DNA of 61,136 bases from Rickettsia typhi. GTDB lineage: Bacteria; Pseudomonadota; Alphaproteobacteria; Rickettsiales; UBA1997. Location: positions 1 to 61,136 of the forward strand of contig CAMDJZ010000006.1 of assembly GCA_945901265.1 (NCBI GenBank), in the 5' to 3' direction. The position numbers were made by a program, and so were the translations under genes. This document shows, one piece after another, positions 20,428 through 29,727 of the stretch (position 1 is its first letter; each line of letters opens with the position of its first letter). The notes under the pieces are model-generated. The model was given only the letters and a program-made list of their open reading frames with translations. It did no database searches and was not told the DNA's origin.

Positions 20428-22161
20428 ATGAAAAAATCAATTTTTCTTTTCCTAAAAAAATTTCAATTATTTATGCGATTTTATTTAAAAGCTGAAGCGA
20501 TTGCTTTGCTTTTAATTCTTTTTTTATTTAGTGTTGTTTTATATTATTACTGCCACGATCTACCAAAATTATCATCTTTAAAACAGCAAGAGTCGCAAGA
20601 AATTATCCACATTAATTATGACAATTCAAATCGTTTGATTAATCGCAGTTATTTTGGAGAAAATTTTATTGATTATTATAAATTACCGCAACATTTGTTG
20701 AAGGCTGTTATACTTATAGAGGATCGCAGATTTTTTAGCCATCCAGGCATTGATTTTTATGGGATTATACGAGCTTATTTAGTTAATTACAAAGCTGATA
20801 AAATAGTGCAGGGAGGTAGTACAATTACTCAACAACTTGCTAAAATATTATTTTTAAAACCGCAAAAAACATTTAAAAGAAAAGTTCAAGAAATTATCCT
20901 AGCATTTCAGCTTGAACAATATTTTACTAAAGAACAAATTTTAACCTTTTATCTTAATCGTGCATATTTTGGATCTGGCAATTATGGCGTTGATCAGGCA
21001 AGCAAGGAATATTTTAATAAAAAAGTTAGCGACATAAATCTGGAAGAATCGGCATTATTAGCAGGAATTTTAAAAGCTCCCTCAAAAATTTCACCTAAAA
21101 ATAATTTAAAATTAGCTCAGGATCGTCGAAAATTAATTTTAAAAATTATGCAAGAACCAAATAATCAAGAAATTTTTAAAGATAATCGCGATATAGAAAT
21201 CAAGGATTATGCGCGTTTTTATTTTAGTGATCTTGTGTTAAAAAATTATGAAAAACTTTTAAATAATAAAAATAATTTATTCACTAAAGAAATTATGATA
21301 AACTCAACTTTGAGTGAAAATTTACAGGATAAATTAGAAATAATTGTAAATAATTTTTATAAAAAAAATTCTAAAAAAGTAAAAACAAATCAATTATCAG
21401 TAATTATACTAGATCGCTTCGGAGCAATAAAAGCAATGATTGGGGGTAATAATTATCGTAAAAATCAATTTAATTTTGCACTAGATAATTCAAAAGAAAT
21501 CGGCTCTATTTTTGATAATTTTATTTATTTAAGTGCTCTAGAAAATGGCATTAAAGTTGATGATTTATATAAAGGAAAAAAAGATAATTGGTTTACTTAT
21601 GACAAGCATCAAGGTAAGGCGGTTAATAATTTTCATAACTCATTACAATATTTTGTTCAGCAAAAATATCAAAAAATTACAAGACAGAAAATTATTGAAA
21701 CAATTCCAAAATATGGAATTAAAAATATTAATTTAGAAAATGAGCAAAAATTTTCATTAATCGACTTAACCGGTTTTTTTGCAATGATTGCTAATAATGG
21801 TTTTGTTACCAATCCCTACTTAATAAAGGAGATTATTGATAATAACGGCAAGATTTTATACGCTCATCAGGCAATATTGGGTAGTAGATTAATAAAAAAT
21901 TCAACTGCATCATCAATGAAAGAATTATGGCGTAAAATCATCAAAAAAGGTAATACCAAACTAGATAATTTAGGAAAGGATTTTTATTTAATCAATGGTG
22001 CAACAACCAATAAAAAAAACAATTATTTAATAGGTTTTGATGAGAAAAAAATTATAGGAATCTGGTTTGAAAGCGATAATAATAAATCAAAAAAAGGAAT
22101 TTTAGAGGCTAATTTACTTGGCGATGTATTTATTGATATAGTTAATAATATCAAGCTCTAA
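20428..22161 (+). CDS. Class A PBP-like protein: GT51 transglycosylase plus degenerate transpeptidase domain
   Basis: GT51 motifs EDRRF, HPGID, QGGSTITQQLAK, RKVQE, KEQILTFYLN are present; the SxxK site reads SIFD. Start uncertain (20377, 20428 or 20473). Confidence 0.88.
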   Translation: MKKSIFLFLKKFQLFMRFYLKAEAIALLLILFLFSVVLYYYCHDLPKLSSLKQQESQEIIHINYDNSNRLINRSYFGENFIDYYKLPQHLLKAVILIEDRRFFSHPGIDFYGIIRAYLVNYKADKIVQGGSTITQQLAKILFLKPQKTFKRKVQEIILAFQLEQYFTKEQILTFYLNRAYFGSGNYGVDQASKEYFNKKVSDINLEESALLAGILKAPSKISPKNNLKLAQDRRKLILKIMQEPNNQEIFKDNRDIEIKDYARFYFSDLVLKNYEKLLNNKNNLFTKEIMINSTLSENLQDKLEIIVNNFYKKNSKKVKTNQLSVIILDRFGAIKAMIGGNNYRKNQFNFALDNSKEIGSIFDNFIYLSALENGIKVDDLYKGKKDNWFTYDKHQGKAVNNFHNSLQYFVQQKYQKITRQKIIETIPKYGIKNINLENEQKFSLIDLTGFFAMIANNGFVTNPYLIKEIIDNNGKILYAHQAILGSRLIKNSTASSMKELWRKIIKKGNTKLDNLGKDFYLINGATTNKKNNYLIGFDEKKIIGIWFESDNNKSKKGILEANLLGDVFIDIVNNIKL

Positions 22162-22325
22162 GAACATTATTGCTTGGCAAGCTTGACAATTAATGCAAGG
22201 TTTTTATTGTTATTAATATTAAAGATATTTTAAATCAAATGAATAGTTCTTGTTAGTAATTTCCAAATATTTGCTTGAGAAATTATTTAAAAAGTTTTAC
22301 AAAATTTATTAAAATTTGATTTAAT

Positions 22326-22402
22326 GGGTCTGTAGCTCAGTTGGTTAGAGTGCGCGCCTGATAAGTGCGAGGTCGGTGGTTCAAGTCCACCCAGACCCAC
22401 CA
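22326..22402 (+). tRNA. tRNA-Ile (GAT)
   Basis: Acceptor GGGTCTG/CAGACCC, anticodon loop CTGATAA, GGTTCAAGTCC, encoded CCA. Confidence 0.97.
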
Positions 22403-22540
22403 TTAAATCTAAAGAAATTAATTATATTTTAACAAAATTAAAGTATTATTAATAAGATATATAATAATAACAAATAAAAAATTAAAGCCACGCTTTTAAA
22501 GACTGCAATAAATTTAACTTTATTTTGAATCACATAAATT

Positions 22541-23590
22541 ATGAAAATTAAAAGTTTAATTTTAGCATTAGTTCTAGCTTCTTGCGCACCGACCATTAAA
22601 GACTTTAATAAATATCAAAAACAGTTTATTTCGCAAACTGAATTTATGCCAACTACAGAAAATTTAGAAGGAAAAGCTCCCAAAGTTGTTGTATTTGAAT
22701 TTGATGAAGCAAATATTGAGTCTGCAAAGCAAGCTGATCTTGGCAATACTATTGCCAAAAGTGTTGAGGTGATTTTGTCTAAAAATCGTTTAGCAGAAAT
22801 TGTTGATCGTAAATCAGCTGTAAAACTTCAAAAAGAAGTACAACTTGCAGAAATGAATAAAACGGGCGCATATAAGGGACCAAGAATTGCTGATTACGCA
22901 ATTTCTGGCGGTATTGCCAACGCCGATTTCGCAAGCAAATACTCTTCTGGAACTACTTTTATAAATCCAAAAGATAGACAGGTAATTACAATTCCTCCCA
23001 AATATACTTACACGTCAAATGTATCTGGAAATATTAAAATTTTTGAACTTCCTTCGTTACAAGTCGTTGAAACTATAGAAATGAAAGGTAAAAATGTAAG
23101 AAGTGAAAATGTTCAAAATGATGGGGGCATTACATTTGGTGGAATTAAAATTGGTGGAACCGATGTTACTGGAGTTCAAAGAGATGATGGCATGGTTAGA
23201 AAAGCTGGTGAGGATGCAATTGATGAAGCTTCGATTGACCTGCAAAACTTTTTTGCAAAAAAAGGTTATATTCTTGAAAAAAGATCGCTTGATAAAAAAT
23301 CAATTTTTAAAATTAATATTGGCTCAACCGATGGAATTAAACATGGCGATAAATTTGAAGTAATTGGTCAATTTGAAGTTGAAAATCCTATATCTGGTAA
23401 ATCAGAAATTGAAAGAAGAATTATTTCTTCAGGTCAAGTTTCGCAAATTATTGATCCAAAAAATTGTTGGATTGTTCTTGAAAATAAAGACCAAGATTCT
23501 TTGGTAAGAATTGGTGATATGGTTAAAATAAAATATTCTAAAAGCGCTTTCAAAAGTGTTTTGAAAATTGCTAAAAATGTAACCCAGTAA
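22541..23590 (+). CDS. Lipoprotein, possibly CsgG/FlgT-like fold
   Basis: Lipobox LVLASC; 'EIVDRK...LQKEVQLAE' and 'ADYAISGGI' are CsgG-like; C-terminal 'INIGSTDGIKHGDKFEV' is FlgT_C-like. Confidence 0.65.
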   Translation: MKIKSLILALVLASCAPTIKDFNKYQKQFISQTEFMPTTENLEGKAPKVVVFEFDEANIESAKQADLGNTIAKSVEVILSKNRLAEIVDRKSAVKLQKEVQLAEMNKTGAYKGPRIADYAISGGIANADFASKYSSGTTFINPKDRQVITIPPKYTYTSNVSGNIKIFELPSLQVVETIEMKGKNVRSENVQNDGGITFGGIKIGGTDVTGVQRDDGMVRKAGEDAIDEASIDLQNFFAKKGYILEKRSLDKKSIFKINIGSTDGIKHGDKFEVIGQFEVENPISGKSEIERRIISSGQVSQIIDPKNCWIVLENKDQDSLVRIGDMVKIKYSKSAFKSVLKIAKNVTQ

Positions 23591-23605
23591 AATTAATTAA
23601 TTTTT

Positions 23606-24514
23606 ATGCAGTTTATATCAGGAGTTTCGCAAATCATTGATGAATATGATTTCTTTATTCTTGATATTTGGGGTGTTATTCATGACGGAAAATCATTATA
23701 CCCAAATGCAATTGAAGCTCTTAAGTTATTAAGGGAAAAGAAAAAGAAAGTTTGCTTATTATCAAATGCTCCGCGCAGAGTATCTAAGGTAAAAGAATTT
23801 CTTGAAAAAATGTTAATAACTAATCAATATTATGATTTTATAATTACTTCTGGTGAAACTGCTTATGATTACTTAGAATCTAATATCAAAGAAGATTACC
23901 GATATTTTGGAAAAAAATACTTTTATATCGGTCCAAAAAAAGATATAGACTTAATAAAAACATTAAATTATTCTTTGGTTGAATTGGCGAGTGAGGCAGA
24001 TTTTGCAATAACCACGGGATTTGATAATGATTCGTCAATTATTGATGAAAAAATCGAGCAAATATTAGCGGCAAAGAAATATAATCTGCCAATGATATGT
24101 GCTAATCCAGATATGGTTGTTGTTAGAATTGATGGCAGTAAAATGCCCTGTGCTGGGGTTATCGCCAAGGAATATGAAAAAATTGGTGGCAAAGTCATCT
24201 ATTTTGGTAAGCCATATTCCAAGGTTTATGAGTCAGCAATTAGTTTTTTTGAAAAAGAATTCGCTCAAAAAATTGATCGAAAAAAAATTATCGCCATTGG
24301 CGATGGAATTGAAACCGATATCAAAGGTGCTAATGATTTTAATCTTGATAGCATTTTGGTATTAGGTGGAATTTTAGGTAATCAACTGGGAATAAATTTT
24401 TTGCAGAAATTTGATAATAAATTAATCAATGAAGCAAGCAAATCTAAGTTATATAGCATTTGCAATAATGAAAAAATTTTCCCTAAATTTGTAATTTCAA
24501 CTTTAAAAATATGA
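23606..24514 (+). CDS. HAD-superfamily class IIA hydrolase (TIGR01459-like)
   Basis: DIWGVIHDG, LLSNAPR, CANPD, GKPY, IGDGIETDIKGA. Confidence 0.92.
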   Translation: MQFISGVSQIIDEYDFFILDIWGVIHDGKSLYPNAIEALKLLREKKKKVCLLSNAPRRVSKVKEFLEKMLITNQYYDFIITSGETAYDYLESNIKEDYRYFGKKYFYIGPKKDIDLIKTLNYSLVELASEADFAITTGFDNDSSIIDEKIEQILAAKKYNLPMICANPDMVVVRIDGSKMPCAGVIAKEYEKIGGKVIYFGKPYSKVYESAISFFEKEFAQKIDRKKIIAIGDGIETDIKGANDFNLDSILVLGGILGNQLGINFLQKFDNKLINEASKSKLYSICNNEKIFPKFVISTLKI

Positions 24515-25791
24515 GAAGATATACTTCAAGAAGAAAAAAAGCGCTAAGAAATTTAGCAATCGTAACAATAATTTTTGCTATTGGTTTTTTGGCTATTAAA
24601 TTTTTTAACTTTAAATCAGAGCAGGAAGATGTAATCGTTGCTGAGATTGGCAAAGAAAAAATCTACAAATCCGAAGTTGAGAAAAAATTGCAAAATATTT
24701 TTGCAGATGAAAGACAATTGATTGCAGTTCCTTCCCTAGAAACTCTTCCTAAAGAAGTAATTGAAATTATTGTAAAAGAAATATATTCAGATCGTCAAAT
24801 ATTAAAACTTGCCAAAAAAGAAGGTTTTGATAAAGATAAAAAATTAAAAGAAAAAATTCAAAATTTTCAGGATAAATCATTGCGACAAGCTTACATTGAT
24901 TCAATAATTGAAAAGGAAATCACTAAAGAAAAAATCAGTGAAAAATATGCAGAAATAACTAATAGCCTTTCTGGAAAAAAAGAATATCAAATCGCTCATA
25001 TTTTGCTTAAAAGTAAAGAAGATGCTGTAAAAATAGCGTCAGAACTAAATAGCAAAAAAGCCCCTAAATTTGCGGATCTAGCAAAGAAATATTCCATTGA
25101 GCAGCAAAGCGCTCAAAATGGCGGAGATCTTGGATTTATTCTAGAGGATGGTATCACTAAAGAAATTGCCGATGAGTTAATTAACTTAAAAAAAGACGAA
25201 GTTACTCAGCCTATTCAAACTAAGTTGGGATGGCATTTGGTTAAATTGATAGATTCACGCGACGCTAAAACTTTTTCATTTGAAGAATCAAAAGAAAAAA
25301 TTCGTGAGCAATTAATTCAAAATAAAATAAACGAATTAAACGCATCATTTTCTAGTGGCAATGAAGTTAAATTCTTAATGAGTTTTGACAAAGAATCGGC
25401 TTTAAAAATTAATGAAGAAAAAAATAAAACTGAAGAACCAAAAACGCAAGATGTTAAAGAAGATGCTGAATCTAAAAATTCTGTTGATGATTCTTCAAAG
25501 GCTGATGTCACAAGTGAAGTTAAGGATTCATCAGCCAATGAGCAATCGAATGGCAAAACAGCAAATCCTCAGGATAATTTAGTTGGTAATAAGAATACTT
25601 CAAAATTATTACCTGAAAATAATCAAGAAAAAAAAGTTGGCGATAAACAAGCTCAATCTAAATTAAACGATAAAGATAATAAAGCGGCTGATAAAAATTC
25701 TAGTAAAGCTAAGCTAGATAAAAAAAATACTGAACATGCCACTGAAGTAAAAGATGAAAAAAAGTCTGCTAAATCTAAAAATAAAAATTAA
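24511..25791 (+). CDS. Parvulin-type peptidyl-prolyl isomerase (PrsA/PpiC-like) with a charged C-terminal tail
   Basis: N-terminal TM, AHILLK, FADLAKKYS, NGGDLGF, QTKLGWHLVKL. Confidence 0.9.
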   Translation: MRRYTSRRKKALRNLAIVTIIFAIGFLAIKFFNFKSEQEDVIVAEIGKEKIYKSEVEKKLQNIFADERQLIAVPSLETLPKEVIEIIVKEIYSDRQILKLAKKEGFDKDKKLKEKIQNFQDKSLRQAYIDSIIEKEITKEKISEKYAEITNSLSGKKEYQIAHILLKSKEDAVKIASELNSKKAPKFADLAKKYSIEQQSAQNGGDLGFILEDGITKEIADELINLKKDEVTQPIQTKLGWHLVKLIDSRDAKTFSFEESKEKIREQLIQNKINELNASFSSGNEVKFLMSFDKESALKINEEKNKTEEPKTQDVKEDAESKNSVDDSSKADVTSEVKDSSANEQSNGKTANPQDNLVGNKNTSKLLPENNQEKKVGDKQAQSKLNDKDNKAADKNSSKAKLDKKNTEHATEVKDEKKSAKSKNKN

Positions 25792-26016
25792 TTTATAATT
25801 TTTTAGATGTTATCGGATTCAATTATAAATATTTTAAAATAATTAATTTATAATATAATTTTATTTAATTTAAATATAACTACTTTAGTTATTTTTACAT
25901 CATCAATAATCCCTTGCAACGCATAGATAATCCTACCTCTAAAGTCAATTAACATACCAATTGTTTTTAAAAAAATTTAAAAATTATCTAAGGCCTAAAA
26001 TAATATTCTTAATTTT

Positions 26017-26835
26017 ATGTACAAAAAGAACGATTTTAAAAAAAATATTCCATTTAAAAAAAAATCGTCAATTAATAACTTTGTAAAAAATGACAATAAA
26101 ATCTGGATAATTGGTAAGCATCCAGTTTTTATGGCTTTACAAAGAAAACGTCGACAAATATTTGAAATTCTTGCTACTAAAAATACCATTGATGATCTTG
26201 AAAATTTTTTACAAAAAAATTCATTAGAAAATTTACGCAATTTAGTAAGAATTATTGACAATAGATCAATTCAAGAAATTGTTGGGCTAAATCAGCTTCA
26301 TCAAGGCATAGCAATATTTGCTTCTAAATTAAGCATTCAAGATCAATTTTCATTTCTAGAGGAATTAAATAATTTATCATTACAAGATTTGCCAAATTTA
26401 TTACTTCTTGATCAAATCTCTGATCCACAAAATGTTGGAGCGATTATGCGCAGTGCAAGTGCTTTTGGTTTTAAAAAAATAATTTTTTGCGAACATAATT
26501 CTGTGGTAGAAAATACTACGATTGTAAAAGCTTCGGCAGGAAATATAGAGTTCCTTGATTTGGTTGTTGCTGGAAATTTTAACAATCTCCTTGATAAACT
26601 AAAAAAAATTGGTTATTGGTCCTTTGGTCTTGATTCTCATGCGTCAACAACTTTTGATAAAATCAAAGAATTTAAAAATATCGTATTAGTAGTTGGATCT
26701 GAAGGAGAGGGTATTAGACAATTGGTAAAAAAGAATTGCGATTTTTTATTGAAGGTTGAAACTAATAGCGAGGTTGAGAGTCTCAATGTTTCGGTAGCAA
26801 CCGCTATCGCACTTTACGAAATAAATCGTCGTTAA
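26017..26835 (+). CDS. rlmB: 23S rRNA (G2251-2'-O)-methyltransferase, SpoU family
   Basis: GKHPV, HQGI, DPQNVGAIMRSA, GSEGEGIR, ESLNVSVA. Confidence 0.92.
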   Translation: MYKKNDFKKNIPFKKKSSINNFVKNDNKIWIIGKHPVFMALQRKRRQIFEILATKNTIDDLENFLQKNSLENLRNLVRIIDNRSIQEIVGLNQLHQGIAIFASKLSIQDQFSFLEELNNLSLQDLPNLLLLDQISDPQNVGAIMRSASAFGFKKIIFCEHNSVVENTTIVKASAGNIEFLDLVVAGNFNNLLDKLKKIGYWSFGLDSHASTTFDKIKEFKNIVLVVGSEGEGIRQLVKKNCDFLLKVETNSEVESLNVSVATAIALYEINRR

Positions 26836-26838
26836 AAT

Positions 26839-27666
26839 ATGTTTAAAAAAATTGCAATAATTTCAGCCTTAAATAATTCCAATGCCTTGATTATCAAGCA
26901 AGATTTAATTAAAAAATTTAATTTTTTTGATCTTGAAATTGAGAATAAAAATTCCATAAAACAATGTTGTGATGATAATGTTGATTTAATTATTGCAATT
27001 GGTGGCGATGGTTTAATGCTTCGCGTTCTTCATGCTTTCGAACATTTTCCAATTGCAATTTATGGGATAAATTGCGGAACGGTAGGATTTTTAATGAATA
27101 GCTTTGATAATGGATTGATTCCTGAAAATATATCTAAAGCCAATATTGCCAATATTCATCCCCTTCGCATGATTGCCATTGATTGTAATGAAAAAAAACA
27201 TAGTTTTATTGCTATCAATGAAGTTGCGTTATTAAGGCAATCAAATCAAGCATGTAAAATTGGCATTGAGATTAATAATCAAGAAAGGCTGTCATGTCTT
27301 AGTGCTGACGGAGTTATGGTTGCAACTCCTGCGGGAAGTACCGCTTATAATTTATCGGCAGGTGGACCAATTATTCCATTTGGCGCAGAGTTAATGGCCC
27401 TTACGCCAATTAGCCCTTTTCGTCCACGAAAATGGAATGGTGCATTACTTCCTTCGGATAGTAAAGTAAAATTTAAAATTCTAGATCATCAACAGCGACC
27501 AATCAGTGCCACAGCCGATTCTCGTGAAGTTCGAGATGTTGTAAGTGTAGAAATTTACCAAGAAAAAAATATTCTATTTAAAATACTTTTTGATCCAAAT
27601 CATTCATTAGAAGAAAGGATTATTCGTGAACAATTTTTGAATTATACCAATTCTACTTTTAAATAA
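26839..27666 (+). CDS. nadK: NAD kinase
   Basis: GGDGLML, GTVGFLMN, INEV, DGVMVATPAGSTAYNLSAGGP. Confidence 0.95.
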   Translation: MFKKIAIISALNNSNALIIKQDLIKKFNFFDLEIENKNSIKQCCDDNVDLIIAIGGDGLMLRVLHAFEHFPIAIYGINCGTVGFLMNSFDNGLIPENISKANIANIHPLRMIAIDCNEKKHSFIAINEVALLRQSNQACKIGIEINNQERLSCLSADGVMVATPAGSTAYNLSAGGPIIPFGAELMALTPISPFRPRKWNGALLPSDSKVKFKILDHQQRPISATADSREVRDVVSVEIYQEKNILFKILFDPNHSLEERIIREQFLNYTNSTFK

Positions 27667-27768
27667 TGCATTTAAATTTCAGCTTCCATTTTTGCATAAC
27701 TAGATAACCAGGTTTTTATAAGCTTAGCCTTCAAATTGAAATATCTGATCTAGAATTGGAAATGATAT

Positions 27769-27824
27769 TATGGAATTTTCACTATGGAATTTTTACTATG
27801 AAATTTTCACTGCGCAATTTTCAA
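27769..27824. repeat. Imperfect 14-bp tandem repeat, 4 copies
   Basis: TATGGAATTTTCAC / TATGGAATTTTTAC / TATGAAATTTTCAC / TGCGCAATTTTCAA. Confidence 0.75.
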
Positions 27825-27964
27825 TTAAAATAGATCGATTGGGAATTATAAATTCCGCTTCATCCCTTTGTCTAAAAATCTTTTTGTTTAATTTGGAATC
27901 TTTAAATAAAAACCCTAGAAGAGACGCAATATCACTTTTAAAGAGAGTGCAATATTCTTAAATA

Positions 27965-29635
27965 TTATATTATAAAATTCTTTTGACGCTTTTTTCGATG
28001 AGTAATTATTGCAAATCGATGGGCTTCATCTCTTAGTCTCTGAAGGTAATGCATAATTGCTGAATTTTTATCAAGAGTAAAAGATTCTTTATTTATTTGA
28101 TGAAAATATTCTTGACCAGCATTGCGATCTTTTCCTTTGGACATGCAGATAAAAGGAATCTCAATTTTTAATTCACTGAAAATTTTCTGAGCTGAACTTA
28201 ACTGCCCTTTACCCCCATCAATAATTATTAAATCAGGAAAATCCGCGGATTTTAATTTTGAAAATCTTCGGAGAAGAACTTGTTCAAGCATAGAAGTATC
28301 GTCTTTACCATCTTTGATGAGGTAAGTTTTTTCATTGGTTAAATCATTTTTATTTTTGATATTAAACTTACGATATCCGCTTTTTATAAAACCATCTAAT
28401 CCAGCTGAAATCATGGCTCCAATGGCATTTTGTCCGCTGGTATGACTATTATCATAAACTTCAATTTTTTGAGGAATTTTATTTAATTCGAAAATTTTTT
28501 TTAATTCTAAATGAAATTGTTTATTGTTAAGATTTTGTGAAATTTTTTGTTGAAGATTTTGTAAGGCCAATTTTTCATGATCCTTGATAAGTAAAAATTT
28601 TTCGCCTTTTTTAGGAATATTAATTTCAACTTTTTTGCCTTTTAAATTGCTAAGAAATTCACTTAATAATTTTCTATCTTCAAGATCTTGATTTAAATAT
28701 ATCAATGATGAAGGAGTCTGAGTAAGATAAAATTGGCCAATAAAATTATCTAAAATTTTTTCAATATTTTGCGAATCGTCAATTTCAAAAAAATATGGTT
28801 TAGCACCATAATTTTGACCTCCGCGATAAAAAGTTATGTAAATACATGCCCGATTATTAAGGCTTACCGCACATATTGCATCAAAATCTTTAATTTCTAA
28901 AATACTAATATTTTGTTTAGTTTGTACAAAATTTAAAGCCTTAATTCGATCGCGAATTATCATGGCTTTTTCATATTGTTGTGAAACACTATACTGCATC
29001 ATTTCACGATATAATTGTTGTTGAACCTCCTGAGATTTTCCACTTAAAACGGCAATTGTATTTTTGACAGAAATATCATATTCTGTTTTAGAAATTAATC
29101 CAGTGCAGGGAGCTGAACATTTTTTTATTTGATATTCAAGGCAAGGTTTTTTTCGTGATTTAAATTCTGAATCGCTGCAATTTCTTAATAAAAAACTTTT
29201 GCGTAAAGCGTCGATAGTTCTATTGGCATCAAAAGCGTGAACAAATGGCCCAAAATATTGACCATTATTAGTTTTATTTCCGCGATACTTGCTAATTTGT
29301 GAATATTCATGATCGCTCAAAAGTATGTGTGGGAAGGTTTTATCATCTTTGAGTAAAATATTAAAACGCGGAGAGAATTTTTTTATAAGATTATGCTCGA
29401 GTAAAAGAGCTTCCAGTTCAGTTTCAGTTTGGATGATCTCAATATTTTTGGCAATATTAACCATGCGCATTATTCTTGCGCAAAGCCCATTGGCATTAGC
29501 GTAATTTGCAATTCTTTTTTTTAAATTTTTAGCTTTACCAACATAGAGCACTTCATTATCTTGGGCGATAAATTTGTATACTCCGCTATTCTGAGGAATT
29601 GTTGGAAGTTGTTGTCTAATAAAATTAACGCTCAT
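27965..29635 (-). CDS. uvrC: Excinuclease ABC subunit C (no C-terminal HhH domain)
   Basis: GIY-YIG 'GVYKF..LYVGKAKNL', 'EVYDNSH', 'IIDGGKGQL', 'RLRDEAHRFA'. Confidence 0.96.
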   Translation of the reverse strand: MSVNFIRQQLPTIPQNSGVYKFIAQDNEVLYVGKAKNLKKRIANYANANGLCARIMRMVNIAKNIEIIQTETELEALLLEHNLIKKFSPRFNILLKDDKTFPHILLSDHEYSQISKYRGNKTNNGQYFGPFVHAFDANRTIDALRKSFLLRNCSDSEFKSRKKPCLEYQIKKCSAPCTGLISKTEYDISVKNTIAVLSGKSQEVQQQLYREMMQYSVSQQYEKAMIIRDRIKALNFVQTKQNISILEIKDFDAICAVSLNNRACIYITFYRGGQNYGAKPYFFEIDDSQNIEKILDNFIGQFYLTQTPSSLIYLNQDLEDRKLLSEFLSNLKGKKVEINIPKKGEKFLLIKDHEKLALQNLQQKISQNLNNKQFHLELKKIFELNKIPQKIEVYDNSHTSGQNAIGAMISAGLDGFIKSGYRKFNIKNKNDLTNEKTYLIKDGKDDTSMLEQVLLRRFSKLKSADFPDLIIIDGGKGQLSSAQKIFSELKIEIPFICMSKGKDRNAGQEYFHQINKESFTLDKNSAIMHYLQRLRDEAHRFAIITHRKKRQKNFII

Positions 29636-29727
29636 AATTTAAATTTTTTTAAAAATTAGTTTGTAAAATCTAAAAAACAATTTAGTTTATTAATTAAAAA
29701 TATTTGTCAAACATTATTAATTTCAAA

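Noticed and set aside
22162-23590. Integrative element at tRNA-Ile or the other tRNAs
   Set aside because: No integrase, transposase or duplicated tRNA 3' end found in the window.
27770-27961. 63-aa ORF between nadK and uvrC
   Set aside because: It begins inside the 14-bp repeat and has no recognisable motif or RBS.
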